Positions 25,190 to 37,990 are shown, counted from the first letter of the stretch. The stretch: 64,000 nt of DNA from Bigelowiella natans CCMP2755 (GCA_000320545.1 ADNK01001386.1:124001-188000); one strand, 5' to 3'. Numbers and translations are program-made. Notes: generated from the sequence alone by a model not told the origin.

Positions 25190-25640
25190 CTTTTTATGTC
25201 GAGTAGTAAAAAGACTGTCGATTACGAAGATGTACATCCAATGCATCTACTGCACATGTATATCACCAAATAAACGCTTGCCATGTACGTGCCAAGCATC
25301 GCCGTCATTACTCATACAAGACAGTGAATATTTAAATTCTTTCAACTGTCATCCTAATATAGCTATGCAATGCTGTGGCTACAGTGCATAAATTATACTG
25401 TTTGTTTTCGCTATTATGTACTTCATTCTGTTATAAGAAAGCATTCATGTTGTACGTGCATTGCGCGCAGCACGCGCGACATTTTTTCGTTGCACAACTT
25501 ATATGTATTCATGCACAGTTCCGACCGGCAGTCGTTCCTGCAATGTCATGGCTTTTGTACCGGTAAGCTTTACATGCATAAATCACATCATTGCTGCGAG
25601 AGTGAGTTTTCCAAGCTCAACCAAAAAAATAATTTGTTAT
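25190..25640. other. Purine/pyrimidine-alternating convergent spacer (LTD protein / RWD protein)
   Basis: ATGTACATCCAATGCATCTACTGCACATGTATAT, TAGCTATGCA and GTACGTGCATTGCGCGC. Confidence 0.5.
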
Positions 25641-25648
25641 ATTTAAGA

Positions 25649-28399
25649 TCATGTCTTCAGAGCATTGTTGAAGATAAGACTAAAGGCATGACCACAACCC
25701 GCATTTTTCAAGAAACGTTGTAGCTCCCCCAAATCCGTTAGATCCTTTCGTTTATGAGTTCCGCTGAGGCAAGCCATCTCCACCTCCGAGAAAGAATCAA
25801 AACATCGAGATTCTGATGTGATGCTTTCATGATGTATCAATTTCATTTTCCTTGATGATGGAGCAACCGAGGCAAACAGCTGCGTTCTAGTAATTCTTAA
25901 GAAATCGTTGATGCTGGACTCTGGCCCTACATGATAACGAAGCAGAGATGTCAACCAATAAAGAAGACACGAAGTATTAGACCAATACGCTGATCTTACA
26001 CTTCACTAGTATAGAAGAAGAAAACCATGTGGATCAAACAAAATTTCAACTGTAAACTTAGCGCTTCTCGGTGTCGGTGTCAATGTCATCAGCACCATCA
26101 ATTTTGTACGCTGTCATGCTGTTGGCTCATCGCTAATCGCTAAAACCATTATCGATGCGGAATTTCGAATATGTACAATGTGTGGGTATTGCTTTGTATG
26201 CTTGCTTATTGGTTCTCGACACTACTATTGCTTACGAGCACTACAACAATAACAACAACGACAAGCAGTGCTATTTCTACTACCACATCGACTACCCTCT
26301 AAACATGCTACTCCAGGCTTTCCAGGCATCAGGAAACCAGTGAGCCCCTGAGCCATAAGGGGAAACAACAACAACAAATCTAAGTTAATAATGACGAAGG
26401 GAAGGTATCACCAGTCTGCTTTCAATGCTATCATCGCCACGACCGCTGCGGTTGGCTAATACTGCTGATGATGGTATTCATCTTAAGGCGATTACGATGT
26501 AGGACTTGAATGTGCCACCGCAGCACCTCGTAAGGTCACGAATATATACCTTTTCGCCAGCGCACCTGACGAAGGCCTTGATGATTTTGCGAGTGTAAAA
26601 CCTGGTATTATTCGAGGAGGATGATAATACCATTATTTACAAAAACGAATAGTAGTATGGTAGATTGTGAGATGGTTGTTGTCATCACCCTATAAACCAT
26701 ATCCACTGACGCATATGGAGTAACTCTTCTTTAATCGTTGCATTTTTCTTTTTCGCGGTTTTTTTTCTTTCGCCATCATCGGAGGAGGCAGCTTCGCCTT
26801 CCACAGTACTATTCATTAATATTCCTGTAGTGGTCGAACAATAATAATAATAATAATAATAATAACAAGAGAGATATGACATACAGACTAATAGCTATCC
26901 AATAATAAAAAAATAGAATATATAATACCAGATTTTTCCTCATTGCTCTTAAAGTTACTTGTTCTCATTGACGCCTTTTCTTCTTTTGGTCCTGTTGTGG
27001 ATATGTGCGCACCGCATTTACATCATTTATCACCGTCATCAGCAGCACTTCTCCATCTACTCAGCTGATGCCCCTTCTAGCAATTGCCGCTCACAAGTTA
27101 CGATCTATATTATAACCCACCGCACACTGCAACTACCACACCACCATCACACCACAATTTGTCTCGCAATCACGCTTCTTTGTTTAACATTCCAGCCTAC
27201 TATCACTTCTTCTGTCATTATGACCACTTCCAGGGCTGCGTGCTTCTCCACCCTCTTTAGTGCCACTTCCACTACAATTTCGTATGATTTCTTCTCCGTT
27301 TTCCTGGATGATCGGCAAAGACATTATCTATGGCAAACATGGGTGGTAGCTATACGAACGATGAGTCAGTCTTGCACCTGAAACCATAGAACCATATCGT
27401 ATAAGCAATTCTCTCCTTTCCAAGGGTGCAACAGTTCTGATTGATAGAGAAAGATTAGACACAGCAGGATATATCATTTAGGATTGCGCGTGAATTGCTC
27501 ATCATGTATCGATCAGCATTCGCATGCCAATCTATAACCTCACGTCAAGCAACAGAGGATGAGGATGAGGGGAGGAGGAGGAGGAGGAGGACAAGAAAAG
27601 GGAAGGCAGGAGGCAGCACAGAGAAATAGTACATGCTACCTGATTCTTTGAAAGCATCGTTGATATTCTTGAGCGTGGTTCTGCTCAGAGTTGAATGATG
27701 CAACGTTGTTGCGACTACCCCCGGAGGAGATGCTTCTGGGTATGTGGAAGGAATATCGAACAGCAGGGCCAGACCCAGAGTTTCTAGCTCCAACCGAAAC
27801 GATATTGACTTGTTTTTAGAATCCTCGGAGCTGGATAGGATCACCAATTACGTCACGCGTTCTGCAGAATTTAATTCATCATTCGTTCGACGTACATTCT
27901 GTTGCAGGAATACATCATCTCCAACGCCTCGATCTGTTTCAAAAGTAGAGTAACATAAGAACGCCTTATAAAAATAACAGAGTTAATCCGTATCTCTGTT
28001 CCTGAAATCGTATCTGTGTCCATACTGCCCAACTACAATACCTCGGCACGGCGTTCGTCGTCCTCCATTTTCGATCGAATTTTGAACTTCGGTTGCAGCT
28101 TCTCTGATATGGTTGAGCGACACGCTACGAGTGTTGTCGCAGGCAAGTATTGCCACTGTATTACAATCGCTGCGTACCTATGGTCCAGTTCTTTTCCCCC
28201 CTACGACAATGAATTTTTAACGTCGTACCAGGTAATTCCCCTTTATCTGCTAAAATTAGGTCGACCTCTCGGCAGAGAGAAAAGAAGCTGTGGGCCTCCT
28301 GCCCAGAGGAAAAGAAGAAGAAGGAGGAGGAGGAGGAGGAGGTCATTGCAGCTCAGGCTGTCGTCATGCATGTACGGCGCTATCGGCTCCCTCAGCCAT
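25649..28399 (-). CDS. RWD-domain protein with a possible C-terminal ubiquitin-like fold
   Basis: Exon ISFRLELETLGLALLFDIPSTYPEASPP matches the RWD FPxxYPxxxP core. Last exon YHVGPESSINDFLRITRTQLF...KLIHHESITSESRCFDSF resembles a Ubl/PB1 fold. Middle exons are only partly resolved. Confidence 0.5.
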
Positions 28400-28506
28400 C
28401 ACATAATACCTTGCTATTTTTGGCACTATTCTGCTTTTCTCAGCGACTTCCTTGGCAGGTTTTGAGAGAGCATAGTACATAGTGTGCGTAAGTAGCGGTG
28501 GGGGAG

Positions 28507-29477
28507 ATGGAGTTCGGACGTCTCGGCAAGCACTGTATCGTGTGTAAAACAAAAGGTAGCCCCAGAAATTATATAACTGCACACATCATCGCACTGGAAG
28601 ATATCCACCGGCTGATTGTCGCTGAATTTTTATCGTCTATCTTCAGACTTCCTACCATTCAAATGTGACCACTGCGGAAAGATTGTCTGCATCGCACACA
28701 GAGAGCAGAAGAACCACAATTGCACCGTCGATATCACTCAAAGGGTGAGTGAAAAATTACCAAATGTTCGATTTTTTACGTTGCCTTCATCGATTTTTCC
28801 ACTCATGCTCTTTCCTCCCCATCTCCCCCTCTCTATCTCTCGCCCTCTGTGTATGTACACGCACATACACAAAAACATTAGCAAATAGGTAGAGAGGGAG
28901 GGAGAGAAGGAGAGAGGAGAGGGAGAAAGAAATTCATCGCTTATTGGTCTCTAAATGGTAAGCTTGTTGATACGAAAGAATACATCGCCCAAATGCCCAC
29001 TCTGCAACAAATTTATCAAACTGGACCTTAACGAGGCGCCAGATAGAAAGGTTGGTTAATAATATCTTGTTTACTAGCATGCCTTAAACCAACTCTCTTA
29101 TTTTTGGATGATAGATGGATGAGCACATAACAAGCGGCTGTGTTAGACACACCCTCGATTTAGAGAAAACGAAGAGGAAAAAAGAAAAGGCGAAAGCGCC
29201 GAAATGCGGACTTCCAAGTTGTAAGAATAAAGAAGGTCCTCGAAAAATTATGTAAGAATATAAGATTATCACATTCTCATCCTTCAAACTCTTCTCCTGT
29301 CCAAATAACAGGCTACGAACTTGTTAGATGCAAGCTCTGCCACAGAAGTTTCTGGTATGTATCATGACTTGTTTCTCCCATCAACAAAATATGCAAAAGT
29401 TCATGCGATTTCTCTATCAGCACGATGATCAAACATCGGGCTGATGACAGCACAGCACTGATGTTGCATGATCATCC

Positions 29478-29511
<34 letters not shown>

Positions 29512-30809
29512 TACGATAATCGTCTTAAACCATCAGCCTGACACATCGCCATGCAGAGGATCATCGCTGCCCGCGCCTTGGCTTCGAAAAGAAACGGTAG
29601 TACTTTCCCCGTGGGTAGGTTGTCACACTAGCATCATCATCATCTCTATATTACTATTGTTCATCAGGCGCGAGGTCTCTTCGAGGGAGAAGATAAGGCT
29701 TGCACACCAGAAACGACTGAAGGAGGTTACAAATCCAAAAGGAGCAGACAAGGTGATAGTAGTGATAGTAGTAGTAGTAGTATTAGTAGTAGTAGTCGTA
29801 GACTAGTAGCACCTTGGTTAAGTATTGTTCTCCTCTCCCTCTTTTTCTCCTTCTCTCTACTAATTGTTATTACCCCATCGTCGTCGTATTGAATCAAATA
29901 ATGGGTTTTAAGATTCCGAACGAGCGCCAGTTTTACCTCGAAGTGGAGGCGAAGAAGAACAAGATAAAGCAGAAAACTATTTGTTTTGACAAGAACTGGA
30001 CTATTGGTAGGCCGTTTGTAGTAGAAGACAGAGGGGGAGAAGGCTGAGTGGTTGCGGACAGGAGTGGGTGTTTGTAATCGCAGAATTTTACATATCTCAT
30101 CTTTCAAGATGGCATACCTGACATACGCACATGGATTAAAAGCTGGTGTAATAATTCAATCTTTCAATTGCTGTTGGCTATTCCGATCATACACTGCTAA
30201 CGGATTCATGATCATCATTATCGTGACTCGCACAGGGAAATGCATTGATGTTGCATGTGAGGCAATGGGAATAGAAAATCGCAACAACGATCCCCAGGTA
30301 TTATGAAGGTCAAAGATGATGCTTCATGCAGATGTGATACTGTGTATGGTGATGATGAGATGTGAGTATGATTAAATCACTTGATGGTCTCATATTAACT
30401 GTGCTCTGTTATACGATTCGCAGGCGGAGAAGACGCACTTTATAGGAAAAAAGAACAAGGCGATGTTTCCATTCGATATACCGCTCTATCTTTTGGTATT
30501 ATTAATACAGTAATTGAAGCACAGATGCCAAAAAATACGAGTACACATGCCAAGCTCTGTCACATTTCTAGTTTTTTCCATATGTGATCAACATATTTTC
30601 ACAGCAAATCGGTTTATTGCCTCCATTTTTTTCCTTTCCCCCTCTTCCTCTCTCCTCCTCTCCGTGCTGCCCTAAATTCATTTATTTGTATTATTATTTT
30701 CGTTTCATCTTGTACGTCTTCTCATCTCCCTTCTACTTCTCACTCTCAACCAAAGGTTCCAGCGCTATCTCCTGGGGACACCGTGTTTTTGGGGTCTGCT
30801 CTTGCATAG
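28507..30809 (+). CDS. AN1-type zinc-finger protein (ZFAND1/ZFAND2-like) with a C-terminal ubiquitin-like domain
   Basis: MEFGRLGKHCIVCKTK|DFLPFKCDHCGKIVCIAHREQKNHNC; PKCPLC...DEHITSGC; second AN1 (CGLPSC...VRCKLCHRSFC...HRC); IPNERQFYLEV...FDKNWTIG|KCIDVAC; ends LSPGDTVFLGSALA*. Confidence 0.88.
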
Positions 30810-30849
30810 CAACCAAGATTCACGAGTGATTTATGATTCCGTATGGTTT

Positions 30850-31800
30850 TGGCAAAGAGTTGCCGTCAAGTATACAAGTCAAGTGCAATCCATATTTGTT
30901 TTGCACATTAGTCAATGCTATGATCCGAGCACATTAATTTATTATTGCGTCGCATACTGTTCTAATCAACAGATATAGCTGCTCAAAAACCGCAGCGCGC
31001 TATAAGTATCTAGCCTCATTTCTTCCAGCAGTGATGTATATCGTGCTCAGTAGTTGGGCGTGTTCTAAACAAGTACGTATGCTTGCATCGCAGCGCTAAT
31101 ATATTTTTTTTAATGCAGTATGTAAGAAAGTTCCTAAAGACACAAAGATATCGAACATATTTAACGTTATCGATTACGTCGTCTCTTTATGCTAGAAAGT
31201 GGAGGGCATTATTATCATTGCTAGAAAGCTATTACGTTTTCTCTTAAACGTCGTCGTACTACGAGGCGTGCACGACGTATTATATTGCTGCATGTAGCGG
31301 TGCGTGATCGATGCTAGTCACATAATCGTACTACTGTACTACTGTGCTATCTAGCTATATCACAGTGGAATCGGCTTCATAGTCTTTCTTGGCCATATTT
31401 AACATAGACAGTTGTCTAGTTGTGAGCCATGCTACATTCATTATTTGTAGCAGATAACCCTAGCTTGCGGCTTTATTTGCACAGCTACATTAGGATGAAA
31501 ACTGCATGAATTTTTGAACTTATTCATTACACATTCGTCTCACACCTTGTTGTCTAGCTTGTGCCCAGCGCATCAACATGCTGCATTTGCAAGAGCGATA
31601 CACTGAACTAATTCTACGTAAGCGGTAGAAGCTACAGAAACCACACACATACTCATGTACTACGTACTCATTATGCCCAAAAGTTCAAAACCACTGAATA
31701 GGGTGGTAGGTGTGGTGCTTGCATTGAGGAAGTGCGGACTTCACATTCGATCAGCTAGTGATATTACAAACACAACGTCCTGCGCAAGCGCATGCTAGCA
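30850..31800. other. Purine/pyrimidine-alternating convergent spacer (ZFAND / carrier)
   Basis: CTAGCTATAT, GCATGTAGC, ATGCTAGTC, TACTACGTAC and GCATGCTAGCATAC; non-coding. Confidence 0.6.
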
Positions 31801-32217
31801 TACATCAGAAGGCAGGGACATTTTAGTCATAAGACATTCACTGATATTAGCTATAATGTTAAAGTAAAGTATTTCATACTACAGTTCATACTCCGGTACG
31901 CGGATATCGTAGAAGCTCTGATTTGTGAGCTTACGACCGCCTCCCTGTTTCCTCCTGCATTAATGCCTTACTGGACTAACGGCGAAAGAGAGAAATATCC
32001 GGAAGATAGTTCTTCTCTGATGGTTTCAGTGGGCGAACGCGGGAGGTAGTTTATGGGTGTTATTGACGATATGACAATGATAACGATAAGATGACGATGA
32101 CGATGATGATGATGATGATGATGCTGATTATATTGATCATGGGCGCATTCGGTCCTGAGTAGTTTTGACTGCTGCTGTCGCCAACTCAACTGCCAGCTGC
32201 CAGCTATCACTCATCAT

Positions 32218-34272
32218 CTACGACGGGGGAGGAAGAGCTGGAACATGCATAGCCATAGAGTGTAGATGGTCTACTGCTCCGGCAGCCAAGCCATATGCCG
32301 TGAGGAATGCCGAGTGGCCCTTGGCGGTATCGATGTTGGGAACTATCTCGTTGATCTGGTCTAAGACTCGGAACATAATCGCCGTGCGGACGCCCTCGTA
32401 GGAGGTCCTCTGGATGGCAAGAATGAAGCCAACCACCAGCCCGTTCCACAGCATGCGGTAACCGAGACCGGCGAAGAGCCCTGGAAGCCCCTCTTCCTTG
32501 GAGATTTTCTTCAGGCAGTCAACGATCCCATCGTAGCGCGGGTTCTGACTCGGAGGCGGTGCCGCGTTCCGTACGAACTCCACCATCTTCTCCTCCTTCG
32601 ATCGCACCTCCTCCTCCTTGCTGATGCGCTCCTCGTCGCTCATCCCGGAGAAGATGTTCTCGGCGAAACCAGTGGCTGCCGCGAATAACCCACCGCCTCC
32701 GCGCGCAGGCAGGATTTCCACTACTTCCACGCCCAGGCTCTCTGCATACGCCGCTGCCTCTTGTACCTTGGTCTTGGCGGTGGCCTCAGCTTTCTCTGCT
32801 GCCTCCTTTTCCTCTTTCTTCTTCCCCCTCTTGCTGGTAATTTCGATGGCCTCGGCGGTGGCCTGGGCGGCTGCGCGGCCTGCCTCTATAGCAAGGTCCC
32901 ACTTCGTTGCACGGTCGATCTCTATCTCGACATCGCGCTGCCGTTGGAGAAGAAGCCGCGTGCGTGCTACATCAAGCGGTGTCGTCAGCCCAGAGGCCAC
33001 CACAGCCCCGATCGTGAAGAAGATAAGATCCGCCTCGTATGTGATGGGTGTGTGAGGGGTTGTTGTGCAAGACGAGGAACACCCACACACGGCCGACGAT
33101 CTGTGGCAGTCCACGAGAGCCAGGATGGGATATATGCGCAGCAGCTCTAGCACACCAGGAAGGAGAGGCCATGTAATCATCGGTCTTCTCACGGAACCCA
33201 CGTTCCTCCAGGATGGCGGTCTGGCGCCGGGTCTTGAGCACCTCCGAGGGCGTTCGCACAAACCAATACATCGCCTCCCCGCACGCAACGGCGAAAAGCG
33301 TGGCCGCCGAGCGATAGTCGAGGGCGATGGCAGCGGCAGCGGGGCCAATGAGAGCGGAGAGAGCCGCTATCCAGGTTGCTATCTTTGTGACGAGAATGCC
33401 GCTGACACCGGTCGTCGCCACGGACTTCGTAGCTACCGCAGCCCCGCCTACACCTGCAGGAGCAGCCTGTAAGAGGTTACGCTTGACCACATCGCGTACC
33501 GCCCAGTAAACAGCCCCCTGAGGTGCGGATGTGAGCAGTGCTATGTTGAGGCCATCCCACGGCTTCGTAAATACTTCAGGGGGGATCATCGATGGCTTAT
33601 TCTTGAGCTCACTCTCCTTGGTCTCGTCCAGCCTCTCCTGCAGCGCTATCTTTTGCAGCACTTTCACACCACGCATTGTGCGCCGGGGGGTTCCGAAACC
33701 AGTGGACATTCTGCGGTATATAGCCGATGGAAGGAAAGAACAAATCAACTCAGGGATTCGTAGATGTGGTTTGGAGGGAAGAACAAGAAAAAGAAGAAGA
33801 AGAGGAAGGAAGAAGAACGAGAGAGAGGTAGATGATCAGTATGGATGAGGAGATAATTAATAACGGTACCGGCGAGGACTGACACGCACTTTTCTTCTTG
33901 CTGGTCTCAGCTGCTCATCCACCGTCTTAATCTTACGCGACAGCGTTTCGATCCTGTCCTGACGCTGCTGCTCAAGCTCCTCCTCTGTTGGAGGTTTTGG
34001 CCGCTGATATGCCTGGAGACGCGTCTTTATCGTGTCCAGCGGATGTAGGAGAAAGATACGAGCAGCCTCGACGAGCGCTCCGGCAACTAGACCGGCCGCA
34101 ACAACCTCAGAATCTGAAACGCGGCGCTTTAGGACACGGAAGTTTGTGTCTTTGCTCCCAGCCAGCTTTGCGATCCACGAATTGGTAAATCCTTTCTGGC
34201 TACGCAGGATCCAGTACTCATTGCCATCGTTAGGGTCAATCTGTACCTCGGCCACCTATGACGTCCACGGAG

Positions 34273-34315
<43 letters not shown>

Positions 34316-34793
34316 AGAGCAACGAGGTGAGATGTAACGATTTTATTCGATAGTATTTTTTCACCAGCAAATCGCCACCTTCGCTACACTTTAGTTCTTA
34401 TTTTCACTACTCCTCCCTACTCATTCATTAGCTTCATAATTTCACTATAAGATATCCATGATCAGATATAAAGTATTAAAGCATACCGTCTCGACAGCCT
34501 GTCGCTCCGCTCTAGCTAGGGCCCTAATACTGCGGTCAACTGTGGAATCAGACGTAGCTGGATTCTTCAGCAATCCGATGGCGTTTTTCACTACGTCTGG
34601 AGGGTAGACAAAGGCAGGGATGCTTAGTCCGACGACGGCGGCACCTGTGTAATAATGCAAAGGGGAAGAGTGAGTCTTTGATAAGAAAGGTCTGTGATGA
34701 GAGAGGCTGATATGTGGCAGTGTATGATCAATGTATCACTTAGGCAATGCTCATTACATCGCTCAGTAGATATGGAGAATAACAATATAATGT

Positions 34794-34836
<43 letters not shown>

Positions 34837-35486
34837 ACACTGTTTCACAGAAGACAGACATGTTTACTATGGAGGAGAGGAGGTAGAAAGGCGGTGTGGT
34901 GTATCTTACCAGCAAGAAAATTTCGCCTTCCCTCCCTCTTCTTGTTCTCTAAGCGAGTAATCTCCTCCTCCCCGTCGATATTCTTCACAATAGTTTGGAT
35001 ATCTTGAGAAACATCGGCTTTCTTCGCGCCCTCCTCCTCTGTCTGGGGGGGCTCGCCGCCAAACTCAGGTGTCGCAGTGGAAAACGCTTTCAAAGTATTT
35101 GCCATTCGTCTACTTCTCTCTTGCCGTAGCCGATACGACTTTGTACCCTGTCGCAGGCGCTCATTCGCAGTCTTGGAGCACACTGAGGAATGGCCGTAGA
35201 TGGACGAGATTCGCGACAATCTTCCATTTCCTTCGTAGGACTCACAAGGAGCCAACGATGATGATGATGATGATGATGATGATGATATCGACGATGCTGA
35301 CGACCTGCTAGGATGCGCTACCAAATTGGGTGAGGACGCGGAGTTGGACAAGATGGTGGCTAGCCTAGGTGGTTTGTGGTTTCCGATTATCATGACGGCT
35401 GCGGAGGCGAGTACTAGGAGAATTCGAGTCCCACATGAGCGACGGTTGGATATCGAGTTGCTGCCTAATCGCTGAGAATCTGCCAT
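32218..35486 (-). CDS. Mitochondrial-carrier family (SLC25) transporter, SAM-carrier-like, with a bipartite (signal + transit-like) leader
   Basis: Three signatures: PLDTIKTRLQ, PSEVLKTRRQ, PLDVARTRLL. Also YDGIVDCLKKISKEEGLPGLFAG. Leader RILLVLASAAVMIIG is followed by a Ser/Arg-rich segment. Long charged insertions are present. Confidence 0.9.
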
Positions 35487-36071
35487 GGCTCGAGAGACCA
35501 AATTCATCGGCCTCCTTTTCTATCCCGTTCCCCTACGTTATTGGCCTCGCCTATTGCAGCGACTTCCTGTCAAAGATACAAGACAGAAAGATGTTTTATT
35601 TAATGCTTCGTTTAGTGGTGGTTTTTGGCAATTACAGCAGCAATATTCCGAAAGTATTCGCACTAGTTCGTTACGAAGGGGAACCCACTTTCACGTAGCA
35701 ATTATGACATCGCGATTTCTATCCTTTGTCGAATAATCGAGGAGATGCCAACACTGAATTTCTTCTATCTAAAATTCTTCTATAAAAATGTTCCCTGTTG
35801 CACGAGTAATGCTGCTATTGATCGGTGTTGACCATATGTGCTTTAATAATCAGTACTATGTACTATAGACGGATAGTCATATTTGGTTCGCGTATACTTG
35901 CGTATATTCGCATTCCCTAACGCCGAAACCCCTCCCTGCACCGTACCCAACAAATTAAGCGGCCATGACAGCCCTGGCTGTGTGTGGCAAAACCCAAGTA
36001 CAAAATAATCTCCACCACTCACAAATTAGTTGTATTTTGCATATGATGATGTATTCCTGAGTAGCACCTGC

Positions 36072-36404
36072 TCATGGAAGAGGAATTGTGAGGCAGGTGG
36101 TGCACAGGATCCCGCCCATCGATCCTTGGAGTTCGGTTTCAGCTTTAGTATATTCGCGACGGTAGACCAGCGAACTCGTAAGAATACCTTTTTGGATTAC
36201 GACAACGAAATATAGGATGACGAGGTAAAAAATACGTTGATTGCAGCCTTGCGACCAAATCTCCGCCTTTTGAAAATCGGCTGGTGGAGCGGCTCCATCG
36301 GCGTGTTCTTCAGACTCAATACGTGACTTTTCTTCCCACGCAACTAAACCATTTTTCTCCTCAATTTTGTTGCCGATCGAGGAAATATGCGAACAAACGT
36401 GCAT
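36072..36404 (-). CDS. Possible small hypothetical protein
   Basis: Protein-like ORF segments EEKNGLVAWEEKSRIESEEH and VYRREYTKAETELQGSMGGILC; no family recognised. Confidence 0.2.
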   Translation of the reverse strand: MHVCSHISSIGNKIEEKNGLVAWEEKSRIESEEHADGAAPPADFQKAEIWSQGCNQRIFYLVILYFVVVIQKGILTSSLVYRREYTKAETELQGSMGGILCTTCLTIPLP

Positions 36405-36842
36405 CTTCCACCTTCATTAGTGAGGTTACCTCCAATCCCGGGATTCGAATTTAGTCGGAATGCATCTGTGGTGCACATGTAAACCCAAAGAGGTGCCCTG
36501 TGACGTTTCCGCCTAATAGACCCCTTTTAGTCGCAAAAATCGCTCAAAGCTACACAAATGTATCAGATTTTGAATGAAACATTAGTGCTGAATTTTCGAC
36601 ATGATTGCAGTTCGGAAGCAAAGTCGTTCTTTGAAAACATACTGTAAAAATGTACAAAATTTTGCTTTCACTGACACTGCCGTGAGAACTTGTACAATCT
36701 ACTGTTTGATTTTGCAATTTTACCCAAAACTCTTGTCAACTTCTCGTCTTTGAGTCAGGGATGTCTGTACGCTAATCACACAACTTGAGCCTGAATCCTT
36801 CTTTTGTGCTAAGAACCTTGGTTTTAATCGATGCGACATGTA

Positions 36843-37990
36843 AAAACTGTCAAATTTGACACAAAATGCAGATGACAGAACCACCCACTTCCATCCATTC
36901 CGCATCTCTTTGCACCATGGCATTGACTGTGACTCCAGACTCGGTGTTGCACACTTTTGGAACGGATGCCCCAATCATTGTGGCATGCTCTTCAAACTCA
37001 CTGTTTGTTGATTTCACATTTTTGGTGAGAGAATCAAGCATTGCTAGATTGCCACGTGCCAGCGTCATCCAGAGCGTGTTGATCCAGTGAGCGTGTTGCA
37101 AGTCGATCGACTGTGAACGAAGTGAAGAAGTCCGGTTTCGTGCACGATGAACACCTTGTCACAATCACGATTCCTCTCCCAAATTGATCGCAGCCAACGA
37201 CGGAAATTGGCGTGCTCTTCTGTGATGCGGATTCACTTCAGATGGACTCGATTGTCCTTGCTTCCCAGCTTCGCTGCGGGGCTTCGCGCCCTGCTGGCCT
37301 GCCACAGTGGTCGTCCGTCAATCTGAGTTGCAGTGCAGTGCTGTGGCCGGCGAGTGCTGGAGTGTGCAACGAACCCTCAAGTTTTTTTTGGTTCTGGTTG
37401 ATTGGGGAGGACACGGATGAGTCAGCGTGTTGCCACACGCCAGCTAGCCAGCACGATGTCATCGATCCTTTGGCTTGATTGCCAGATTGGGACAACATTG
37501 GGACATCCGTTCCATCAAGTTTGACCGACCGGTCTGACGGAACCAATTCGTTCATTCTGTCATCCAGTCTTGGGCAAACACTCATCTCTTCTTTCGCTTT
37601 TTCTTCGTTCACTTTGTTCATCATTTTTTCCTTCTTCGCGTGGGATCAGTCAGTCAGGTGGGCAATGTCGGAATGCCAGAATGCCACACTAGCACGTCTG
37701 TCTGCACTGCAGATGCAAGCGCAAGCTGACTGCACAACATTGCACCTAGCCAGTTAGCTAGGCAAGGACATGTGTCTGTGAATGTGTGCACGCTCAACAC
37801 ACAGTAGCTCGTCACATGTGTTCTTTGCATGTCAGAAGTGCATCCATGCTGGCATGTTTGTTCACACGTTGATGGACGCACGCCGCTCACACATGATCGA
37901 CGTGCCGCACGTGGCAGGCACGATGCGTCCAATTCCGTGCCACGGCACACAGATTTGGACAACAGCTCAAGTTCGCTCGTGTTCACCGAA
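36843..37990 (-). pseudogene. TpA-depleted island containing intronless, stop-interrupted relic reading frames (possible decayed mobile or viral element)
   Basis: 7 TA dinucleotides in about 1150 bp by manual count. Frames are nearly Tyr-free and His/Cys-rich, e.g. PQHCTATQIDGRPLWQ...K*IRITEEHANFRRWLRSIWERNRDCDKVFIVHETGLLHFVH. No introns or microsatellites. Confidence 0.5.

Noticed and set aside
28158-28230. Apparent 22-nt and 28-nt nucleomorph-style mini-introns around a micro-exon
   Set aside because: A single intron of about 72 nt keeps the frame (GELP|VAIL) and is more parsimonious.
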